Below, piece by piece: positions 26,130 to 35,862 of a DNA stretch of 64,000 nucleotides (positions within the stretch are counted from its first letter, which is position 1; each line of letters starts with the position of its first letter). Origin of the DNA: Botryllus schlosseri (Eukaryota); the NCBI GenBank assembly GCA_051294905.1, contig CM119371.1, forward strand, positions 37,636,001 through 37,700,000. The letters are read 5' to 3'. A program made the translations under genes and the position numbers. The notes under the pieces were generated by a model, which had not been told where the DNA came from, made no database searches, and worked only from the letters and a program-made list of their open reading frames with translations.

Positions 26130-26835
26130 CAGTTGTTATTGATATTTCTTTATTAACAGTAAAACTGGTAAATACACTCATAATCTAGGGAGCAACCTGC
26201 CCCCAGAGGAAAATGGCGAGATTGGAGTAAATTTTTAAAATTTCAGTAATACATTCAAATTGTTATTCCTATGCAATACATGAAGAAGTCAGATTACAGA
26301 ATTGCAGCAGATGAAGAATTGGCAAGGGTTGCAGAGCAGAAGTAGAGATGATTGAAGATGAAGAATCGAAATCACAGAAATCATGCTGTGATTCACGAGT
26401 TAGTCCAGTGGAGCATTCAAGGCCTTCCGAAGAATGTGCACAGTTACCAATAATGCGATATTTTGGATCATGTCGAATTGAACGTTACCAGGAATTTGTT
26501 GGATATGTCTCATGAGTTTTTTGCTTACGACCCCTGTAGCGCCAATGACTATCGGTACAATGTTTATTTTGCATCGCCACATTTTCTCACATACCATTTT
26601 GAGGTCTGCGTATTTGGAGTGTTTTTCTGATTCTTTTTGTAGTAGTTTGTGATCAGCTGGGACAGCCAATTCAATGAATAATCATTCTCTTTTCTTTTTT
26701 AGTTTGACGATTAATTCCGGGCGGTTGCTCCTGATTTCGCGGTGAATTATAACTGGTACATCCCACAGAATTTTTACTTGTTCGTTTTCTGACACTGGTG
26801 CTGGGCTGTAATCGTACCAATTTTTTGTCGAAGTC
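26130..26835 (-). mobile_element. 3' fragment of an R4/Dong-like non-LTR retrotransposon (restriction-like endonuclease)
   Basis: The minus strand reads ..VSENEQVKILWDVP..RSNRPELIV..IELAVPADHKLLQKESEKHSKYADL..IVPIVIGATG..IQNIALLVTVHILRKAL. This is the characteristic C-terminus of R2/R4-group restriction-like endonucleases. Confidence 0.85.
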
Positions 26836-27114
26836 GATTATTATAATAAGTAAAAATCGTGTTGGTGGCGCTTATCACAGCACAGGTTTTGTGCGCCACG
26901 TCTATACTGGTTATTACAATGATTTTTACATTATTCAAATATATACAGCGTCACTCAGTACTATTGACATACCAACATGCACATTCAATATACGGACCTA
27001 GCCGACGCTATACAATATACAAACATTTGTGTATACAAATAATGAACCTTCATGTACTAGCGATACTATACAAATCGCCGCGAAGATATCGCGAACTCTA
27101 CAACATTATCCAAT

Positions 27115-27347
27115 AGGAGTTCGTGTACCACCTAAAAATAGTACATTGAACGCTCTCTCATTCACGAAATTTCATGCTGGTGACGTCACATTTTGGGATA
27201 CGATTGTTGATATACAATGTTATTTCCAATTCTCTACTAGTTGCTGACGATTACCCCTGACGAATGTCAGCCGAAAATATTCGGGTTCATTTCAATATGG
27301 TAGACTATTGAATTGTATATTGAAGTTCTGTACCTCCAAGAAGCTCT
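27115..27347 (+). mobile_element. Penelope pLTR with hammerhead motif at 27253-27286
   Basis: Begins in the GIY-YIG tail (..EFVYHLKIVH*). Motif ACCC CTGACGA ATGTCAGCC GAAAATATTC GGGT. Confidence 0.8.
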
Positions 27348-27610
27348 CGAACTCTTTGGATCTGTCAGAACGTCTTTCAAATTCCAATTTATTCGGTTCA
27401 CTCGCGCAGCATCAATTCTCTCCTTTGATGTTGATATCTCACACAATGTAACAAAAAGTGCTCTACAGATTCTTCTGCGTTGCATTGCTGACATAGTGGA
27501 GTCTCAGAACAACGGATCTTGTGCAGATGTTGATTCAGTCTGCAATGGCCGCTTCTTAATCTCAGTAGAATTGCGTCTTTTCACCGCGTTCCAATTTGAG
27601 CTATGTCGTC
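27348..27610 (-). mobile_element. LINE ORF2 C-terminal CCHC zinc-knuckle fragment (I/Nimb/Tad1-like group)
   Basis: The minus strand reads KDAILLRLRSGHCRLNQHLHKIRCSETPLCQQCNAEESVEHFLLHCVRYQHQR. This frame is not reported in the ORF track. Confidence 0.8.
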
Positions 27611-28016
27611 AGTAATTGATGGTTGCGAGGAGGACTTTCAGTACTCGAAAAAAATCGTTTTTTTTTTCTACTCGACTCGAATTGATACTCGATTCAGATT
27701 CGAGTACTCGAATCATTGTGCCCAGCCCTATCCACTATTTGAGCGCATTTCATTACTTTTTCGGGGAAAAGAGGACAAATTCCAAAAAAATAGGACATTT
27801 AGGCGTGCCCCGAGAACACTTTCAATTTATTGAAAAATAAATTGAGGACACATCCTCTTAAAAGAAGACGTATGGCATTCCTGGATTAATACGCTATCCA
27901 TGTACTGTGTGCACATCTTGGTATCGGTGCTATGCGCACAGAAAAAATATCTCAAGACTGCTGAGAATTCATCTCACTATTCTTGCATTTCATATTCCAT
28001 AGTTGGTAGATTCGAG

Positions 28017-30357
28017 ATGAAGATTGCGTTTCTTTGCCTCGCGATTTACGCTTACGCCGCCTACGCTTCTGATGGTGAGTATTCTGTAGCATATTTTATG
28101 AAAGACTCGCATCTGATTCTGATTTTCATAGACAGCAAAAGCTGAGAACCAGTAGCGCAGCACGTGCCTCGCTTCACTATTTCGTCGCTATGTCGTGACC
28201 GTTCACGTCCGCCATTTATTCTGTGTATCAAATCGTGTTCGCATTGATTGCAACTACCGACTCCAATCTTTTATTTTTTCAGGCCGTACAAGAAAACTTA
28301 CCCAACCAAAGGTATGTACCCAACGGACAGCAGGCTCAATATTATTATCCGTCTCGGCCTCAGCCTCCGCCACGACGAAGGAACAGTCTGGACCTTAGCA
28401 ATCTCATCGTCTTATGCATACTTTTGAGTGAGCTCTCGAATGCTAACGGGACTATGAAGGCACATCGAGTGTGGTCATTATCCATGAGATGTGCACAAGC
28501 TGACGTTCGAAAATAAATTTATGGCAAATGAACGGTTTATTGTTTCAGAGGCATTGAATCCACCGAAAACTACAGCCGCACCGACCACGATGGCGGCCAC
28601 GACCACAGCAGCTCCGGTGAAATTGAATTTAATAATTATCAGGCATGGTTATTTTTGGAATGTGCCAAAAAAAAAACAACATAGCATATTTTTGGCCCCT
28701 TTGGCATCGCCATGAATGCATATACTTATAGACTCTAATTAATGTGTAAAACGCTTCCGTTCGATCTCTCTTACGCAACAGAAGTCAAAAAACATTCATT
28801 ATCCTTACTCACTCCATCAAACAGCAATATTAAAGTCCGGATTGAAAACGATGTGGGATGTTACATTCACCCGATGCAAAGTGCATGAGCACGAGCATTG
28901 ACAACAGGTAAATACCCAGTCAATGCGCTAATTCCCAAAATTAGGAGTCTCTATCACTTCTTCCGAAATATGAAAATTACTACCTGAGTCCTATTTTTGC
29001 GGGCAGAAATAATCTACTTCCTAATCGCTTGATATCATCTACTTCTAAATCGTTGGATATCATTTACTTCCGTAAATCCAGATTTAATTACAGGACTTTT
29101 TGGTCTCAAACCTTAAGTTTTTCATTCAGCTTTCATGGACCACGCGAAGGATTCACGAGCCCTAATTTAAGAATTCTGGTGTCACTTCATAAAAAATCCT
29201 GTCAACTCTTGCAAACATTTTACCGAAAAACTTTTTAAAATATAGTTTTTCGCAAAACCGTGTTTTTGGCATTTAAAAAAATTCATTTTCGGCAGTTTTT
29301 AGCATTTGGTTCCGGAAATCCCAAAACCGTCACACCTGGTAATCAGTCTATCGTATCTTTGGCTTCCTGGCCGGTCCACGATATCCACTATAAAACATTA
29401 TTACGTACTGTTTGATCGTATAAGTCACGATGAAGTGATTTCTAGATAGACAGTTTTCGGAATAGTAAGATAGAATGTGGACGCAGGATACGTCAATAAT
29501 GTAACGAGCCACGGTGAAAGAGAACTTGGGCCTGAGGTTTTTTTTACATCAAAATAATTTATTACCTTCTTTGCATAAGAAAAGCCTTGCCGCATGAGTC
29601 CTCTTCATGACAATAATGTACAATTGCTGAGGAGTTAACAACTTGAAATAAATGTTGTAAGGCACTACCACTAATGGACAATATCAGTTCGAAATTAATC
29701 GTGATTGAAAACAACTTTGATTGTTATATGTGGAGTTGATTTTATCGAGTCTGTGTAGAAACCAGCCCGAATTGAAACTGGGGAAAATATGGGATTAGTT
29801 GTTGTTGCTGTGAATTAAAAGAAAAAATTGGCGCTCATCACCTAATTTCTTCAGGACCCGTTGGCAGGCTGGACACAGGTGGGCGACGAAAATTGCTACT
29901 ACCGGTTGTCCGATACTACCGCGACCTGGGAAGCTGCCGAGAACGAATGTGAAGGAGGCGTAAACGACGGCAGACTCGCAGTAACCGGTTTCAACGCACT
30001 ATTGGCGGAGAGAAGGTGACATCATTTAATTGGGTAATTCCCGAGCTTGATTATGACCGCTTACCCGCAATATTTCAGAGCACTGATGACCGCGCTTCAC
30101 GCCATTGGAGTTAATTTTTTTATTTGAGCTGACGGCGTGGTGATAGCGGGTATACTCTCGGCAGTGGGGCGTTTATCGATCCGGTGGATGGAGTGGATGT
30201 GGAAACGGCCGAATCCTCATTCACTACTGAGCTAGCTGATAGTGTGAACGCAGACGGCGCAGTATGCGGACGAGTGGATGCCGCCGACGATGAAAACCTG
30301 GTGTTCGAAGACTGCGACACCACGCCTCGCCGCTACATGTGCGAAGTTTGCATGTAA
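28017..30357 (+). pseudogene. C-type lectin pseudogene. Exons 28017-28074, 28132-28163, 28283-28427, 28549-28616, 29855-30015, 30079-30357
   Basis: Exon-for-exon paralog of the gene at 35863. In-frame TGA at 28143-28145 and 30125-30127, a frameshift near 30137-30145, and a weak exon-2 donor (GTGCCT). Confidence 0.85.
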
Positions 30358-32269
30358 GATCAAATCACAATTCTATAAGATGACCAAGGTCTGCCGAACA
30401 CTACTGAATAATATTTCATGAACTATCCCACCCTGACCCATCAATGCGTTTCCATCTTTACCCCAGCCTTATCGTGAGTGCAGTTGGGAATTCCCCTGAT
30501 ACACGCGTTTTGAGGGAACTAGAGTAGTTGAGGATTTCGTACTGCGGTCTTGATTTCGTTATTCTCTATTCATCATGCCCTGCCCCAATATGGAGCTTAA
30601 AACATGTCGCGACCACAAACCGGATTCGATCACCAACGCATGCCGGACACTACCGTATACAATCTCACCAATGCGAGAATATCACTCTATCAATATTGAA
30701 GTTGAGAGGTAGCCCAATCCGGATTATGCGAGCTGTGAAATCTCATATCGAGGCTGGGCGTCTTTCCCGGGACAGATAACCGAATCTTCGTGTTGACGAC
30801 GGAGCATCCAAGCTCTCAAAATTCGAATCTGGTCATCTGTCCCGCAAAAGATCCTTTTGCGTCAATATGGGATTTATTATTCTCAAATCCGTGTCCGGAC
30901 ACCTGTCCGACCGTAATATGGGTAAGACCATTCTTCGCAGCGTATAATCGATTTGGACTCTATTGAATAATTTGAAATCAATTACGCGTGACGTTATATG
31001 GTGTTTATCGTAAACAACATTTGTAATGAATTTTCATGTATTTTCGTATCTTCCGAAATTAATGATTCATATTTTTGATGACAAAGCACTATTCGAAAGC
31101 GTTGTTTATTCGTTACAAAATATATCGAACGTTTCCAAGATCTTTGAGTGGTTGAGTTGATCAGAAAGGAGTAGTAGATGTGGGAGACTTGAAGTTGAAG
31201 TTGAGGCGAAGTTACATAGATGCGTTCCATTCTGAAAATTAGTTCGCGGGAGTGTTGAAAAGCTTCCTTCGCACGCTTCGCGTGATTTAGCGTTTTGATT
31301 CAATGCATAATCTGCAACAACAGCTCCTGTATGTTATCGTATACGTAACATTTGGAGTTGTAACCATAGCCGACTCGCCGACAATATCGAGTTCAGATCA
31401 CACTTCGAAAGACATATGGATTTCGGCTATTCCAGTTACTTAGCATCGAAAATTTTCGTGAGGTCACACTTACTCACTCAACTTATCTTAAAGTAAAATT
31501 GTTTCTTTAAGATCCCAAAGCGGGAAGTTTGATTTAATGCTCATGTTTGCTACAAGAATTCCATATGCAGATACAAATTATCGGGCCGACTGTTTGTAGT
31601 TGGGTGCTTTGTGATCTTTGAAAGGGTTTTATTTACTACATCCTAGAAGGGATTGCATGCAGTGAGCTCCTTTCCTAATATCAAGTTAGAATCCTCCATC
31701 CGTATTCGAATCTGAGGTCCATCAAACCTACCAGATTCAAGCTTCTAGTTTGATATGAATACTAGACATATACCCACATTGTTGGCTCAACGGAAAAATT
31801 ATCCATTTACAAGTCAAAAGAGATTTGACGCATATGATTATGTAAATCCAACACTGGATATACATTTTCCGAGAACCTTTTCTCCCCAGATTCCCAAATT
31901 CGTTTCGTTGCACAATACAGGGAATGGGGTGGAATGTTTCATCCATCCCCCAACTTTTGAATGAATAAAAGGCCTATTTGCACGGTACGAGAATGTTCAT
32001 TCTCACGAATCGACAACGGTGGATGGGGAATTATTCGGGATGGGCATCGGGCATTACCAAAGAATATGTGTAATTGTGTACGTTTTGGCAGTACAATTCA
32101 AAGCAGCGATTCCCAGTGCGGCTCCAAGGTAGCCTTGCGGCTCTGATTGACTTCTAAACGTCCCACAAAAATAGAATAGACGACATTTGTTGTTTGTTTC
32201 TGTGGATAGTTTTAGACAATTTCTGTAAAGAATGCTAAAATGAGGGATATTGGTTATGACGTCGTAATG

Positions 32270-35200
32270 AATGGAGTTAGAAATCCAGAGTCGCATAATA
32301 CTCGGTTCAGAATCGAATTACTAAGGAACTCGAGTTCTTCAACCCCTAAAACGGTTTCAATACAACAGATACTTGTCCCATATATCGCAAATTACATATA
32401 TCCTTTGGTAGAACTTGGATTACGTCAACTGGAAATCCACGACATAGTAGGTTTGGAAGACGCACAAAGACTTGCCCTGTTTATCTGACGAGATTGTCTC
32501 AAATGCTGCAGAATAATCCAATGTTCGATATTTCCCAGGATGCTGCCTCATGTGAAAGGAAAACATCGGTCTGAAGCCGTGCTTCATAACCAAAGGCGGG
32601 TTCAACACTGGGATAGTGATGAGGCATCGTTTCGAGAAAGCATTGGCGAAATTCAGATCCTTGAACTACTTTACTTGGTGTTGAAGCTGCGTGCGGAAAC
32701 CCTATCGTTATTTTATCAGGAATTACGTGACTAGGCTACTAAAATAGAACATAGCAACTTATACTTGGCGAACAGTTTGTATGGAACGAGATCTAACGAT
32801 AAGACAACGATTTCTAAACCCAAGCGGCATGATACATTTTATGAAAAGTGAGTGAATATAATGCTGAGTGTTGTTCTCACCATATCCGATACTATAGTCT
32901 CAATTCCGGTCGCTTGCTATCGGCGAATTTTCTCGAGCATTTTCAAAATTCAATAGATTGTTTGACGTCGTCGGAACATCATAAGTTAATAGCAAACCCC
33001 GAAATCAGTAGTTCGAAACCTTTCGAGTAATCGAATTTGAATCAAATATCAGTTCGGATATTTCAGTATTGAAATGTTATCGTCCGAATCATTTTATGGC
33101 AAGAAATTGAGGTTGCGGGACTTTCTTCACATTTTGTAAATTTCAATACATGGTGCGGAAGACCGCGATATTCATGTGCAGTGATGAACGATCTGCAGTG
33201 TGGTCTCAAATCCCAATGACATATTACTGTGAGCAATTTATGATCAACCAACATAAATATGTGTAGGGTACCTGTCACTATTTACTTTGTGGCCGCGCGG
33301 AAAGTGCGTATTTTGACACATCAAGTCTCTCTTGTTGTAATGGCGTCATTTTAGGCGATACACGACTCGAAGTTTCACACTCCACGCGTAATCGAATCCT
33401 TCCCTAATTCGATTTTGCCAAGCATTAGAAATAGCTGTAATTTTGCAATATGACATCGCATCGAATCACATTGAAGATATAGCCAATTTTTCTCATCTTC
33501 ACAGTTCGGCCCTCGGGGGTAATTGGATCTAGCTTCGAAGACGGCAGACGCTGGTACCACCAACGCGTGGATTTCAAGGCGCCAATCTTCACGAGAAGGT
33601 AATTTTTGGGCGCTGCCTTTCTTTGTATTATTTTCTCTCACTTCCGTCCAAAGGAGTCGCATTTCTGCCGCCAAAGTCAGTACAGGCGGAAGCGAACAAC
33701 GGGGCCCTTATATTAACAAATGACGCGTTGAAATTAAAATATCCGATGAGAATCGCGTTACTTTGAGTAAATCATTTCTATTCGCCTACACTTTACCAGT
33801 AACCCAGGTCCGACGGTTCTGTGCAGAAGCCTGTTGTCCAAAATTTATCAATCAAGTGATCAAGACGGCATGCGACACAATCCAAACGCAATCGATATCG
33901 ATTTCAGTCATATGAAATAACCCAAATTTTGAAAACATAGAAAAATAACAATGCTACAATTTCATCGCAGCATGAAAATTATGTTTTAGAAATGAAATTG
34001 TCGGTTAAAATAATTGAAATTCTGCCATCAGCAGACTTATAACCGAAGGGAATAATTCGGGTGACATTGTTTTGTGATACGCTGCAAGGCGCGTATACCC
34101 CGATCATTTCATATATAAAAAACGCAAGTAAAGCAGCCAAGTTTTCGTTGTCATTGAAATCTCATGTTTTGAGTGATCCAAATTGCCCGTACGCGTCCTA
34201 CAAGGAGACTTGCCGTTCAACTCAAATCAATTGATTTAAAGTTGAAAGCGTGAAAGGGGCTATAACACGGCGATTGTTTGTATATGTTCTCTGCTGTTTT
34301 AACACAGTGCGCTTGTAACGATGCCAGATGCCCTGAGGTGTATGCAGGCGACACAGGCGTCGTTGGCAGCCACCGCTCAGCTTTTAGTCACGAATAGCAA
34401 TTATTAAAAAAAGAGGGATATCTTTACGCGTCGTTTTTCCCTTCTCATCTACGCTTTGGGACTGTTGAGGCAATAAAAGTATTTACATAGATGGTGGGCG
34501 AGTCATATTCTTGAGATCGACCGGAACGCAACTAGCAGCATGTACAAGATGTAAGACGTTGGTTCCGGTGGCTCGGAAACTTTTCTTCAAACTGCGTCTC
34601 ATTGGGTTTCTGTTATCTGTAATGCGACCCTGCTACAAACATAGGCTTTGCTAGTGCGACTCTTAATCCCTCAACAACGCTAGTGTCATTATGCACGATC
34701 TTCTTGTGATGTTCGTTGTCCTTATGAAGAGGAAAGTCATAGTCTTGAAGAACGGATATGGCCGCCGACGACACAGCGCTTGCAGTGGATCGAGTACCAT
34801 AGAGCGCGTTCATTTCCGATAGAATCCTGTCATAACCGTAATGTTCGATTCATGACGCAGGGCGTCTTAGCTTTGCAGGAACTATGAACCCCCGTCGCCG
34901 AGTTTATGATCTCATACCATAGATTCCTATAATTGTGATCGGTATTGTGCACGCTAAATTTACGCTTAAGATATTTTGTAACAGTTGGTAGTTACAGACG
35001 ATGACGTACCACTCCTTATAGGTCAGGAGCGGGCAACTTCTCCCGTTGGCGGCCCGATATGGGAACTTGAAGTACTTGGCGTGCCAGACTACAGACTATA
35101 TAGGCTACATTATTAATCGCGTATTTAACCATCGATACAAGGAATCAATCGTATCTAATGTGAATTTTAACTTTAAAGCATAGAGACCAAAAACTGCATT

Positions 35201-35750
35201 TAATTAATTTACTAACAATAGCGGTCATTTAGAAGTCAAAGTTGTCAACAAGTTCTTTGAACTCTGGCTGCATTTTGGATGTAGAAACCCTTAGCAAAGA
35301 CTGCATTTGAACAGCAATTATATTGCAACGCGACCTTGTCTCGTAAATGTTCATTGTCGAAAATGTTTGGAGAACCGAACAGAGCAACTATAGTTTCATG
35401 TCCATCTTTCTTAGGTTGGAAAACTGGGATTCATTCTGTGACGCATAAAATTTGTCAATAGTTTCAGAATAGAATTTCCCTTTCAGAGAACAAACTCTCA
35501 GCGGGCCAGTCAAATTCCTTCGCGGGCTGGAGCCGGCCCGCGGACCGTATGTTGCCCGTCCATGTGTGATAGACTAGGTTTTTAAGGTATTAATATTATA
35601 TATAATGCACGAGACTAATAATAAACTTGCCGCTACTTCACAATAAGCTAGCGCAACTAACCAGACCACCGAAATATTTTGATGTTTAACGCAAATCACG
35701 TAAAGTCCTGAGACCTCACCCCTCATGTGGTTAATACGCTATTCATGTAC
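32270..35750. repeat. Intergenic block X, copy 3, upstream of the intact lectin gene
   Basis: Collinear with 22670-25580, apart from a private MITE at 35024-35564. Confidence 0.8.
35024..35564. mobile_element. hAT (Charlie-like) MITE
   Basis: Ends CAGGAGCGGGCAAC and GTTGCCCGTCCATG, with GCGGGCC subterminal motifs. Absent at the homologous site ~25280. Confidence 0.7.
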
Positions 35751-35862
35751 GGTGTAAACATCTTGGTGTCGATGCTATGCGTACAAAACAAAATATCCTA
35801 AGACTGCTGAAAATTCATCTCATTATTCTTGCATTTTATATTATATAGCTAGTAGATTAGAG

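Larger units (their letters stand above)
25759..27730. mobile_element. hAT MITE carrying nested retroelement fragments; itself inside an older element at ~25585-27884
   Basis: TIRs TAGGGCTGGGCA and TGCCCAGCCCTA. Exact TSD TCCACTAT (25751-25758 and 27731-27738). Confidence 0.85.

Noticed and set aside
28143..30127. Selenocysteine or readthrough decoding of the two TGAs
   Set aside because: They align to Gly rather than Cys, an independent frameshift follows, and no SECIS element was recognised.
33375..33674. GT49 (LARGE/B4GAT1) similarity through ALVVPA..FE
   Set aside because: Only a short motif with an insertion; the flanking family motifs are absent.
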